A stretch of DNA of 57,498 nt from positions 1-57,498 of the forward strand of contig JAKAZS010000006.1 in NCBI GenBank assembly GCA_021815785.1. The letters are read 5' to 3'. Shown here one piece after another: positions 39,702 through 49,361 of this stretch. Both the position numbers and the translations under genes were made by a program. The stretch is from a bacterium (lineage in GTDB: Bacteria; Cyanobacteriota; Vampirovibrionia; Obscuribacterales; JAKAZS01). The stretch's first letter is position 1. Every line of letters starts with the position of its first letter. Below the pieces are notes generated by a model, which ran no database searches, was not told where the DNA came from, and saw only the letters and a program-made list of their open reading frames with translations.

Positions 39702-41264
39702 TTATTCTGATTTGGTAATTTGATTATTATTGGCAATTATAACTTTATTGCGACCGGTTTTTTTTGCTTCGTATAAAGCCTCATCAGCTTTGTTAAATAA
39801 ACTGTCGCTGTCACTAGCATGAATAGGGTAACTAGCAACACCCAGGCTTGCTGAAATTACTCCCGGACCTTCAATTTGTATTTCATTTATCAGTATCCGA
39901 ATTCTTTGAGCTATTTGGGCAGCCATTTCGGTATCGGTATTGGGTAAAAGCACGCAAAATTCTTCGCCACCATAACGGGCACAAAAATCATTAGTGCGAG
40001 AATTAGTCTTTAAAACTGAACCAATTCCTTTAATCGCTTCATCACCAACTTTATGACCATAAGTATCATTAATTTTTTTAAGAAAATCTAAATCAATAAT
40101 TATTAATGTTAGTGTTTCCTGGTAACGTTTGGCTCTTTCAAATTCTTTGGCTAACGATTCATTAAAACTACGACGGTTGTAAATTCCCGTTAAACCATCA
40201 GTAACAGCTTGTTGTTTAATAACATTACGCAAATAGGCGTTAGTTAAGGTTACCCCTAAAATCCCCGATAGTGTAGTAAGCCTGGTCATTTGTTCAATGG
40301 TCCAGTTATGCAAGGGATTTTTAAATTTAAAGATTAATACGCCTTGAGTAGCATCACCGGATATGATAGGGATAACCAGGCTACCGATTAAATCTAAATT
40401 ATTTAAAAAGGCATTTTCAAAATTTTGTAGACCATTAATATTATAAAATTCTTGAGGTGATTTTAAATTGAGAAAAATGTTAATAAGGCTTTTGCCTTCT
40501 GGCAAATTTAAGTGATTGATTAAGGAATTTTTGCTTTCAGCTTTATATTCATACAAAGAGTTCTGGTTCTGGTCATTTTCATTATTTAAAATTAAGATAC
40601 AGGTATCTAAACCATATTCTGTCCCAATTAAATTAACTATTGCTAACGCTACATCATTAATTTCTTCATAGTTGGCAACTTTACTGCTGATTGAGTAAAT
40701 AATTTTATCATGATGAGCTCGTTCAATTTTCAGTCTTTCGTCAAGCTCTAACTGCGTAATTAAATTCCGAGTGTCTTCAATTTGTTGTAAGTTTTGATTC
40801 TCTAAATCTTCATATCTAGTTCTATATCTGATTGTATCTTGTTTAAGTTCATTGAATTCGATAACGTTAGCAAAGGCATTTGTTAAAGGATATTCCAGAA
40901 TAATATCTTTTAATTGATTTAGGGTAAGGTTATTTAATTTATTTAAAATTAAAGTGGCTAAAATAATTTCATTTCTTTTTAAGGTAATCCAATATGATTG
41001 ATCATTAAGCAAACACATTTCTTGGTTTTCAAATTGATTAAGTAATTCATTTAGTTGCTTACTATTTTGAAAATGTTGGGCTTCACCAAAATTGATAATT
41101 TCGGAAAATTCTTCAATATCAGCATCATAAAAACAAATCTGGAGATAAATCAATGAATTATCAATAGTTTTGAAAAAATTCCATAAATTATCACAAAATT
41201 TAGGGATTTCCAGATTGGTTAAAAGTATTGATTTATAATTATTAAGATTTGAAATTGTCTTCAT
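39702..41264 (-). CDS. GAF-GGDEF diguanylate cyclase
   Basis: DGLTGIYNRR, KKINDTYGH, RxxD I-site (RTND), active site GGEEF, ADEALYEAK. Confidence 0.94.
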   Translation of the reverse strand: MKTISNLNNYKSILLTNLEIPKFCDNLWNFFKTIDNSLIYLQICFYDADIEEFSEIINFGEAQHFQNSKQLNELLNQFENQEMCLLNDQSYWITLKRNEIILATLILNKLNNLTLNQLKDIILEYPLTNAFANVIEFNELKQDTIRYRTRYEDLENQNLQQIEDTRNLITQLELDERLKIERAHHDKIIYSISSKVANYEEINDVALAIVNLIGTEYGLDTCILILNNENDQNQNSLYEYKAESKNSLINHLNLPEGKSLINIFLNLKSPQEFYNINGLQNFENAFLNNLDLIGSLVIPIISGDATQGVLIFKFKNPLHNWTIEQMTRLTTLSGILGVTLTNAYLRNVIKQQAVTDGLTGIYNRRSFNESLAKEFERAKRYQETLTLIIIDLDFLKKINDTYGHKVGDEAIKGIGSVLKTNSRTNDFCARYGGEEFCVLLPNTDTEMAAQIAQRIRILINEIQIEGPGVISASLGVASYPIHASDSDSLFNKADEALYEAKKTGRNKVIIANNNQITKSE

Positions 41265-41507
41265 GATAAGTTATGGTTTTAATCCGAATAAATTTTAAAA
41301 ATAAGTTTCAAAATTGTATTATTGGGTAAAAGATTTTATATTTAAACGATATTACTTGAGCCGTAAAATTTTTAATAAATATAATTTTTTCAATAAGATA
41401 CTAATTTTATTCCCTTATAAAACGAGTTTTAATCATTTCATTAAAACAATCAGGTGAAAAATGCTATTGTCTGTGATGAATACTATGATACAGGTATTTG
41501 ACCATTG

Positions 41508-42014
41508 TCAAGAAATTTGACTTTGAGCAATTAATTCGTTGTTAAAAGTAATTAAACTACCTCGATTAATATAAAATTTCATGCCAATTGCATCACCTAA
41601 ATAAAAGCCATCAATAAAATTAGTTAAATCTAGATAAGCTTCGACTAAAAATGTTGCTTGTTTTGCGTCAATAATTTTGATATTTAATTCAAAACTTGGT
41701 TCAAATGGTTCAAAACTGAATTGGGAAATATTTTCCTGGATTAAATTAGTTATATTATCACTAAGCAATTGTATTTCATCAGTTGGTTTACGACACAAGA
41801 CAATGGTACCAAAATTGGTGATTTCAATTTTGTTGCCATTAGCTGTTGTTGTTAATGAATGGTTAGTATTAACCTGGCTTTTAATATTTAAACTAGACCA
41901 CAACGTATTAAAACTTAAATTTACATGTTGCCATATTTCTGTATTGTTTTGTTCAATATTATTAAAATCAATGGTAAAAAACACTTGATCATTTAAACCA
42001 CGAAGATTTGCCAT
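41508..42014 (-). CDS. Hypothetical protein translationally coupled to mnmE
   Basis: 168-aa ORF, ATG 1 nt after mnmE stop. Confidence 0.75.
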   Translation of the reverse strand: MANLRGLNDQVFFTIDFNNIEQNNTEIWQHVNLSFNTLWSSLNIKSQVNTNHSLTTTANGNKIEITNFGTIVLCRKPTDEIQLLSDNITNLIQENISQFSFEPFEPSFELNIKIIDAKQATFLVEAYLDLTNFIDGFYLGDAIGMKFYINRGSLITFNNELIAQSQIS

Positions 42015-42015
42015 T

Positions 42016-43425
42016 TTATTTACCTACACAAAAATTAGCAAATACATTGTTGATAATTTCTTGGGAAACTTCAATTCCACATACTTGTGACAGGCTGTTT
42101 ATAGCTTCTTTTAAATCCGTTGAAATGCAGTCTAACGGTAAATCGTTGGCAATGGCATCGATGGCATTAAGAATTGAGTCGCTGGCATTTCTGCATAAAC
42201 TTGCCTGCCGCTGGTTCAGGCTACCACCACATTCTTCAAGATCACTAAAATGATTAATCCAGGTTTCTAAACTATTAATTAAATTATCAATTCCTTGACC
42301 AGTTTTAGCAGAGATATTAATTTGTCCTTGGCATAAGTGATTATTGATTATTTCAGCATTAAGGAGTGGTCGGTCTAACAAAATGTTTGCATTAAAATCG
42401 ATTAGATCGGTTTTATTATTTAAGATAAAATATGGTTTTTGGCTTAATTTTTCAGTTAAAGATGGCTCTATTGATGAATTGACTGTTATATCTTGCATAA
42501 GTAAGATAAGGTCAGCCTGGTTAACTGCCTCTATTGAGCGATTGATACCAATTTTTTCAACCTCGTCGCTGGTGTTACGAATACCAGCGGTGTCAATTAA
42601 AATTACCGGAATTCCCTTTAAATCAAGCGGTTCTTCAATAAAATCTCGAGTGGTGCCAGCCTGTGGTGTTACTATAGCGCGTTCAAAATTCAGGAGCTGA
42701 TTTAATAAACTTGATTTGCCGACATTAGGATTGCCAACTATGGCTATTTTAACACCTTGTCTTAAGAAAATTCCGGTTGTAGCTGTTTTAGCTAATTTGG
42801 TTAATTCGATTTTTAGCTTGGTTAAATCATTACCTAAATTACTGGTATCAAGTTCTTCGACTTCATCAGGAAAATCAATACGGGCAACAATATTAGTTAA
42901 ATGATTAATTAATGCCTGTCTTAATTTTTTAATTTTATTGCCCAAATGTCCTTTTAAAATACTAAGCGAAGCAATACCTGATTTTACTGTTTTGGCTTGA
43001 ATTAAGTCTAGTACAGCTTCGGCCTGGATTAGATCTAATTTTCCATTTAAAAAAGCCTGTTTGGTAAATTCACCTTTTTGCGCTAGGCGGGCTCCGTTAT
43101 CCAATAAAAGTTGTAAAATATTATTACTTATAACGATTGAACCATGACAGTTGATTTCAACAAGATCTAAGCCTGTATAAGAATTTGGCGATTTATAGGT
43201 AATTACTACAACTTCATCAACAATATTGTCGTTTTGGTCAATAATATAACCATGGCTAGCCTGGCGCGGCTCAAAATTAACCGACTGGATATTACTCTGG
43301 GCTCGAAAAATTGATTGAACAATCGCCCAGGCGTTTGGTCCCGAAATTCTTACGATTGCAATAGCACCAGTTCCAGGGGCTGTCGAGATTGCGGCAATAT
43401 CATCACCAAGGTTTTCTGGTATCAT
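42016..43425 (-). CDS. mnmE: tRNA modification GTPase MnmE
   Basis: GAIAIVRISG, GNPNVGKSS, GTTRD, DTAG, NKTD, C-terminal FCVGK. Confidence 0.98.
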   Translation of the reverse strand: MIPENLGDDIAAISTAPGTGAIAIVRISGPNAWAIVQSIFRAQSNIQSVNFEPRQASHGYIIDQNDNIVDEVVVITYKSPNSYTGLDLVEINCHGSIVISNNILQLLLDNGARLAQKGEFTKQAFLNGKLDLIQAEAVLDLIQAKTVKSGIASLSILKGHLGNKIKKLRQALINHLTNIVARIDFPDEVEELDTSNLGNDLTKLKIELTKLAKTATTGIFLRQGVKIAIVGNPNVGKSSLLNQLLNFERAIVTPQAGTTRDFIEEPLDLKGIPVILIDTAGIRNTSDEVEKIGINRSIEAVNQADLILLMQDITVNSSIEPSLTEKLSQKPYFILNNKTDLIDFNANILLDRPLLNAEIINNHLCQGQINISAKTGQGIDNLINSLETWINHFSDLEECGGSLNQRQASLCRNASDSILNAIDAIANDLPLDCISTDLKEAINSLSQVCGIEVSQEIINNVFANFCVGK

Positions 43426-43467
43426 AAATTTTTCATCGAGTTTTTGCTTACTGTCTAGATTGCGGCA

Positions 43468-43476
43468 ATTATAGCA
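43468..43476 (-). promoter_or_regulatory. Extended -10 promoter (TGCTATAAT) upstream of mnmE
   Basis: Perfect TGnTATAAT 42 nt upstream of the ATG. Confidence 0.55.
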
Positions 43477-43584
43477 TAAGCGATTAGGGGCATTTGGATT
43501 AAAAAAATAACAAATTTGATTTATTATTAAGGATTTAATTAGTTCGAGTAATAGTTAAACTAATGGTGGTAATGTTGCTCTAAA

Positions 43585-44544
43585 TTAATTGTTATCTCTT
43601 AAAGCTTTAATTTCTTTAGTCAGTCTTGGTACGATTTCAAATACATCACCAACAACACTATAAGTTGCATGTTTAAAGATTGGAGCATCCGGATCTTTAT
43701 TAATGGCCACAATTACTTTAGACGATGACATGCCAGCTAAATGCTGAATAGCTCCAGAAATTCCACAAGCAATATAAAGTTGTGGACTAACGGTTTTGCC
43801 GGTTTGGCCAACCTGAAACTGGTGGCTAATCCAGCCGGCGTCAACAACGGCTCGTGAGGCTCCTAAAGCTGCACCTAAGACATCGCATAAATCCTGCAAC
43901 ATGGCAAAATTTTCGGCAGCTTTTAAACCACGACCACCGGATACAATAATTGGTGCTTCACTTAATTCCATTTGCGTGTTACCGGTTGTAATAGTTTCAA
44001 TGACTTGAGAACGTGGTTCATTATATTTAATATTAAGATTTTCAATAGTATTTTGATAAATTTGTCCCGTTAATTCTTGACTAAAGACATTTGGTCTAAG
44101 CGTTAAAAAATTAAGTGAACCAGTTAATTCATATATGGCATTAGCTTTTGCTGAATAAACCGGTTTGGTTACTTCAAGTGAATTAGATAGTATGTTAAGC
44201 TCAACAACGTCAGTTACGGCAACAGCATTAAAGGCTGTTGCTACATAAGGGATTAAGTCTTTACTTAAGGAAGTGTTGGCCGCTAGAACTAAATTGGCAC
44301 TGCTTAATTTAATAACTTCACTAAGAGCCATTGCAAAGGTATCGGTAGCGTAGTTAACAATGGTGTCAGCTAAATAGATTTTATTGATTTTAAATTTAGC
44401 TAAATGTGTGGTTAATTCGTTTAAGTTATGACCAATTAATAAAGCAGTTACATTGGCATTTTGCTTAATTGCATACGATAATGCTTCCAGACTGGCTTTA
44501 CGAATCTGATTGTTTCTAACTTCAATTAAAACTAAAATATTCAA
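43585..44544 (-). CDS. etfA: Electron transfer flavoprotein alpha subunit
   Basis: SGGRG, GASRAVVD, QVGQTGK, GISGAIQH, AINKD; TTG start with GGAGG SD. Confidence 0.96.
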   Translation of the reverse strand: MNILVLIEVRNNQIRKASLEALSYAIKQNANVTALLIGHNLNELTTHLAKFKINKIYLADTIVNYATDTFAMALSEVIKLSSANLVLAANTSLSKDLIPYVATAFNAVAVTDVVELNILSNSLEVTKPVYSAKANAIYELTGSLNFLTLRPNVFSQELTGQIYQNTIENLNIKYNEPRSQVIETITTGNTQMELSEAPIIVSGGRGLKAAENFAMLQDLCDVLGAALGASRAVVDAGWISHQFQVGQTGKTVSPQLYIACGISGAIQHLAGMSSSKVIVAINKDPDAPIFKHATYSVVGDVFEIVPRLTKEIKALRDNN

Positions 44545-44565
44545 TTTTTTCTTAGCCTCCTATAC

Positions 44566-45354
44566 TTATAGTACTTTTGCTTCTTGTCTTAATAAATCGA
44601 CTAATGCTTTAACCTGTTGATCGGGATCGCCTTCAATATTTTTACTACTAGTTTTATTTTGGGGTAAGCATAAGGCTTTTAGTTTAACTAAAGAATTGGT
44701 CTTACTAACCTCTTCAGCTACGTTTAGGCTAGTTAAATCAAGGGTTTTAATTTCTTTTTTGCGTGCGGCCATAACGCCTTTAATTGATGGATAACGCGGT
44801 TCATTTAAACCTTTTTGAGCACTAAATACCGCTGGTAGTTTGCCACTAACTATTTCATGAGACCCTTCAATTTCTCGTTCAGCTAAAAAGGTATTATTTT
44901 CTTTTAGCGTCAATTTAACAATAAAAGTTGCTTGGGTTATATTTAAAAGTTGGGCTAAAATGGCCGGAACTTGTGAATGGTCGGTTCCTACACCTTGTTG
45001 ACCGCATAGGATTATGTCGTAGGAATCGAGACTTAGCGATTTGGCTAAAATTTTGCCAGTGGTTAAAGGACTAAAATCTAAAGGCTTGTCAACATTGATG
45101 TGAATGGCTTCATCAACACCACGAGCTAGACTATCCCGTAAAACATCTTTAGCTTCATTTGACCCCATACTAATAGCCGTTACTGTGGTGCCACTATTAG
45201 CTTCTTTGATTTTTAAAGCTTCTTCGATAGCAAATTCATCATAAGGACTGGTTATGAATTTAACCTGATTCGTTTCAATATTAGTTTTGTCTGAATTTAA
45301 GACGATTTTTGTTTCCGTATCAGGAACAGCCTTGACACAAACAGCAATTTTCAA
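44566..45354 (-). CDS. etfB: Electron transfer flavoprotein beta subunit
   Basis: VCVKAVPD, PYDEFAIEEAL, NEPRYPS; TTG 45354 with GGAGG SD preferred over 45402. Confidence 0.95.
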   Translation of the reverse strand: MKIAVCVKAVPDTETKIVLNSDKTNIETNQVKFITSPYDEFAIEEALKIKEANSGTTVTAISMGSNEAKDVLRDSLARGVDEAIHINVDKPLDFSPLTTGKILAKSLSLDSYDIILCGQQGVGTDHSQVPAILAQLLNITQATFIVKLTLKENNTFLAEREIEGSHEIVSGKLPAVFSAQKGLNEPRYPSIKGVMAARKKEIKTLDLTSLNVAEEVSKTNSLVKLKALCLPQNKTSSKNIEGDPDQQVKALVDLLRQEAKVL

Positions 45355-45467
45355 GGGATTACCTCCGTTTAAAATATAATAGACATATATTTTTAAGTAC
45401 AAATAACTATTTAATTATAATAGTTTGCTCACGAATTTAGTTTAATCTATATAAAATATTTGCCTTT

Positions 45468-46205
45468 TTAAAGATTTTCTTTACTATTCTCTTCACTAAA
45501 CTCCATAATGCCATTAGCGAGGTTATAGCATTTTTCTTTTTCGCACCAGGCAATTTTATTGACCAGTTCTTCGGGATCGTCTACAACTTGCAGTAAACTT
45601 AATTCACTTTCTTCAATAAAACCGCGCTGGACTAGTGATACTTTAATCCATTCAATCATTGGCTGCCAAAAAGTCGAATCAACCAGAAATAAAGGAAAAC
45701 GTTTAATTTTCTTGGTTTGTATGAGGGTAACGGCCTCAAATAATTCATCAAGAGTGCCAAACCCACCGGGTAATATGACAAAGGCCACGGCATATTTGAT
45801 GAAAATTAATTTGCGAATAAAAAAATACCGAAAATCCTGGGATATATTTTGATAATTATTAGCATCAGTTTCACGTGGCAAAATAATATTTAAGCCCACG
45901 GAAAGACCATTAGATTCATAAGCACCACGGTTGCCCGCTTCCATAACGCCTGGGCCACCACCGGTTATCACTGCAAAACCTCGAGCAGCTAATTTGGCAG
46001 CTATTTCTCGAGCCAGGGTATATTCTTTATCACCTTCTTTACATCGAGCGGTACCAAAAATTGAGACAGCCGGTCCAACTTTTGACAACATGTCAAAGCC
46101 TTCAACTAATTCAGCCATAATGCGAAAAACACGCCAGGTATCTTTGGCAGTCATTTCTTCAAGGACAAAATTGTTATTATTGGAATTAGGATTATGATGG
46201 TTCAT
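45468..46205 (-). CDS. LOG family (TIGR00730-like) phosphoribohydrolase
   Basis: TGGGPGVMEA, PGGFGTLDE motif. Confidence 0.93.
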   Translation of the reverse strand: MNHHNPNSNNNNFVLEEMTAKDTWRVFRIMAELVEGFDMLSKVGPAVSIFGTARCKEGDKEYTLAREIAAKLAARGFAVITGGGPGVMEAGNRGAYESNGLSVGLNIILPRETDANNYQNISQDFRYFFIRKLIFIKYAVAFVILPGGFGTLDELFEAVTLIQTKKIKRFPLFLVDSTFWQPMIEWIKVSLVQRGFIEESELSLLQVVDDPEELVNKIAWCEKEKCYNLANGIMEFSEENSKENL

Positions 46206-46207
46206 GT

Positions 46208-47245
46208 CTATTTAGCACACTCAAGAAAAAATAATTCGATTGCCTGTTTATCCAGCAATTGACCAGATTTAATTTTATTTTCGTAAATTATGAGTTTTTC
46301 TTGACAATTAATTAAAAATTCAAGTTTAACTTGGATTAAGCGCTTTAAGTCTTTTTCAATTACGAATGGATTACTTTCTAAATCTTTAGCAATTTTTGTG
46401 CTTAAGTCTTTTAAGGGCAATTCCCGTTTAATAATTCCTGGGCGCATCGGTAATTTACTATTATAATATTCCTCTAATACCTTTAATTTAATCCATTTGG
46501 ATATCATGGTTTGAAAAAATGCAATAATTTGCAATATTGGCGTATTCGCTTGCAGATTATGTAAAATAGTAAAAACTGTAAGCGTTTGCTTGGCTAAAAA
46601 ATTTTCGGCTAAGGCAAAGATGTCGGACTGAAAATCAATTTCCGATTTTAAATAAGCTAAAGAAATATGTTTATTTGGTAGTAAATTAGTCGCTAATTTA
46701 TTTATTTCTTGATGGATTAGCCACATATTACCATTCGTCATGTCCAATAAATAGTTTATAGCTTTGTCATCGATACTACAATGGGCTAATCTAGCTTCAT
46801 TCTGGCAGAATTCAAGTAATTTAGGGTTAAAACTATCCCGATAATATTTAATACTTTCATATTCATAAATTTGACAATGTTCTTTAAATAATTTGGTTAA
46901 TTTTAAACCATTGTCAAGTTTATAATAACTTACGAGAATTATTTGTAAGTAAGCAGATTGGTTTTTTAAAATAAATTCAATTTCCTTTAAGGCAAGATCG
47001 CTCATTTTTGTATTTTCTTTACTTTTGGCTTTGGTAAACCAGTTACAATTGTTAAATACTAGGAGTCGATTGCCTAGGCCTAAAGGTAAGGACTGAGTAT
47101 TTTCAATAAAATCTTTTACGTTAGTTTCCGCAAAATAAAGATAATTAAGGCTGGATACATTATTATTAAGAAGGGTTGCCTTTAAATCAGTAACTTTCTT
47201 TTTGATCAGATACGATTCATCGCCACCAATTAAACTAATTGTCAT
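46208..47245 (-). CDS. holA: DNA polymerase III delta subunit
   Basis: GGDESYLI N-terminus, QEINKL, DIFAL, IKSG near the C-terminus; about 345 aa. Confidence 0.75.
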   Translation of the reverse strand: MTISLIGGDESYLIKKKVTDLKATLLNNNVSSLNYLYFAETNVKDFIENTQSLPLGLGNRLLVFNNCNWFTKAKSKENTKMSDLALKEIEFILKNQSAYLQIILVSYYKLDNGLKLTKLFKEHCQIYEYESIKYYRDSFNPKLLEFCQNEARLAHCSIDDKAINYLLDMTNGNMWLIHQEINKLATNLLPNKHISLAYLKSEIDFQSDIFALAENFLAKQTLTVFTILHNLQANTPILQIIAFFQTMISKWIKLKVLEEYYNSKLPMRPGIIKRELPLKDLSTKIAKDLESNPFVIEKDLKRLIQVKLEFLINCQEKLIIYENKIKSGQLLDKQAIELFFLECAK

Positions 47246-47474
47246 TATTCCTCAATAAATAATCGGTAAATCTACTTACTAGTATACCTTGATTAACCGA
47301 TTATTTTTGATGTAAACCTTGCCGTAAGAGATCAATTAAAGGTTTTTAGGGTATTCACCATTAATGCTGGCTTTGATTTCTAGATAGATAAAAAAACTGT
47401 CCGTTAAAGAGTTGCAAAAATGTTGCTTTTTTAAGTTAGAATTATAAAGGTGTTTATGATTAAACCAGTGTCTC

Positions 47475-47945
47475 TTGAAATCTTCGCAATATCGCATTAA
47501 TAAAACCTTTGCTCGCAGTCGTTTCATTCATTGGGTGCGGATATTTGGCTTGACCTGTTTGTTTATTATTAATATCAATCTTTTATATAATGACTATTGG
47601 CGAATTATTGTTCATCATATGGCAATTTCCTTAAATTCGGAATTTATTAAATATGCGATGTTGATTTTTTTGGATATTGGTTATTTTTGGCCAATGAGTC
47701 TAGAAGTTGACAAATTAGAACTAGCTGATGATAAATTTAAGGTTAAAACGATATTTTTAACCAAAACTTATAGTTTTAAAGATATTGTTTATTGGAAAAA
47801 TCCAACAAAATTAAGTTTTGGTATTTTAAAAACACAAGATAATTTTATTTATTTGCTCAATAAGAAAGATTTAAAACCATTTGATAAAATTGAAAGTTAT
47901 ATTATTGCAAATTTAAATATTATTAAAAATCAAAATTTGACTTAA
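47475..47945 (+). CDS. Hypothetical membrane protein
   Basis: 156 aa, two hydrophobic segments then a beta-rich soluble part; TTG start uncertain. Confidence 0.65.
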   Translation: MKSSQYRINKTFARSRFIHWVRIFGLTCLFIININLLYNDYWRIIVHHMAISLNSEFIKYAMLIFLDIGYFWPMSLEVDKLELADDKFKVKTIFLTKTYSFKDIVYWKNPTKLSFGILKTQDNFIYLLNKKDLKPFDKIESYIIANLNIIKNQNLT

Positions 47946-47974
47946 ATTTTGCTAAATTTATTTATAATAATGGT

Positions 47975-48373
47975 ATGAAACAAAAAATCAGAGTATTAAT
48001 CGGTAAACCTGGATTAGACGGACATGATCGAGGTGCTAAAGTAGTGGCTCGTGCTTTACGTGACGCTGGTATGGAAGTTATTTACAGTGGTTTACATCGC
48101 AGCCCCGAAGAAATTGTTGAAACAGCCATTCAAGAAGATGTTAACGCAATTGGCTTAAGTGTTCTGTCTGGAGCGCATATGACATTATTACCCCAAGTGG
48201 TTAATTTATTAAAAGAACGTGATGCTACTGATATTGTGGTTTTTGGTGGTGGAGTTATCCCCGAAGAGGACCGCCTGGAACTAATTAAACAAGGTGTAAA
48301 AGATATTTTTGTGCCTGGTGGTGGAACCCAAAAAACGATTCAATTTCTTAAAGACTTATTTAGTAAAGATTAA
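47975..48373 (+). CDS. Cobalamin B12-binding domain protein (acyl-CoA mutase small subunit)
   Basis: KPGLDGHDRGAK (DxHxxG), SVLSGAH, GGGVIP. Confidence 0.95.
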   Translation: MKQKIRVLIGKPGLDGHDRGAKVVARALRDAGMEVIYSGLHRSPEEIVETAIQEDVNAIGLSVLSGAHMTLLPQVVNLLKERDATDIVVFGGGVIPEEDRLELIKQGVKDIFVPGGGTQKTIQFLKDLFSKD

Positions 48374-48480
48374 TTTTTGTTAATCACTGTCTAAGATATG
48401 TTTATTTTGGGTAAATAATAAATATAGCAATTAACTTTATTAAGATTAAATATAATTAATTTTTTATCTCTTGTAAACCG

Positions 48481-48489
48481 TGCTATAAT
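48481..48489 (+). promoter_or_regulatory. Extended -10 promoter (TGCTATAAT) upstream of the 75-aa ORF and mazF
   Basis: Perfect TGnTATAAT 31 nt upstream of ATG 48521. Confidence 0.55.
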
Positions 48490-48520
48490 TTTTACATAGT
48501 AATTCTAAAGGGTTAAATAA

Positions 48521-48748
48521 ATGAGTTTTGAACGTTTTAACATTAAACCAGAAATCAAGGAAGCTAATAAACCAAAACCGTTTGAAAAAGCACTTTTTGA
48601 AGTTTTTTCACGGGTTACCTCATCACAAGTTGAAGCCCTTGTTGACTCGTTTAAAGAAGCTAAACGTAGTGATGCCTTAGACGCTAATCGATATTGTTTA
48701 GCCAGAATGAATGACCCTGAAATGGAAAAAGCATACGCAAACGTATAA
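48521..48748 (+). CDS. Small hypothetical protein, candidate antitoxin
   Basis: 75-aa ORF directly upstream of and co-oriented with a MazF/PemK gene; no recognised family. Confidence 0.6.
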   Translation: MSFERFNIKPEIKEANKPKPFEKALFEVFSRVTSSQVEALVDSFKEAKRSDALDANRYCLARMNDPEMEKAYANV

Positions 48749-48830
48749 TTTAAGTTTTATTTTCAAGGAAATTTTCTAAATATACTGATAAAATAAAAGT
48801 ATATTTGGTTACTATTTTGCTAAGGCCTTA

Positions 48831-49283
48831 ATGTCTACCCCAAAACTAGATAATTGCAAAAAAGGTGATGTAATTTTAGTGTCATTCCCTTTTACAACTG
48901 ATGATGGTCAGGTTCAGACCAAGCGACGTCCGGCAGTTATTATATCTAATGATTATAACAATTCACGGTTGGATGATGTTTTGTTAGTTCCCTTGACTAG
49001 TAATATGAGTAGAGCCAACCGTGAACCCACCCAAGTCTTTGTGTCCATGAATTCTCCCGAAGGGCAAACAGCTGGATTGAGGTTAGACAGTGTGATTGAC
49101 TGTACGGTTATTGCTACTATACCTAAAACTCTTTTGGTCAGTAAAATTGGTTCATTTTCTCAAGAAATTATGGAAAAAGTTGATGTTTGTTTGATGATTG
49201 CCATGGCGATAGGTAGACCCGTTAATCAGGATGATACCAATACTCAGTTGGAAATAGATATTCATCAAAAAGATTCAGCTTAA
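48831..49283 (+). CDS. MazF/PemK family toxin (endoribonuclease fold)
   Basis: KGDVILVSFPF, KRRPAVIISNDYNN, VPLTS, GLRLDSVI, KIG. Confidence 0.9.
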   Translation: MSTPKLDNCKKGDVILVSFPFTTDDGQVQTKRRPAVIISNDYNNSRLDDVLLVPLTSNMSRANREPTQVFVSMNSPEGQTAGLRLDSVIDCTVIATIPKTLLVSKIGSFSQEIMEKVDVCLMIAMAIGRPVNQDDTNTQLEIDIHQKDSA

Positions 49284-49361
49284 CAGTACGATATTTGTTG
49301 CTAAATTTAGTCTTGATGATTGCGTATGTGATATTTATGTAAACTCATAATTTTAACTCAA

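Noticed and set aside
41508-42014. WapI-like immunity protein
   Set aside because: Only a vague FEPxEPSFEL resemblance from memory and no adjacent toxin; not supportable without a profile search.
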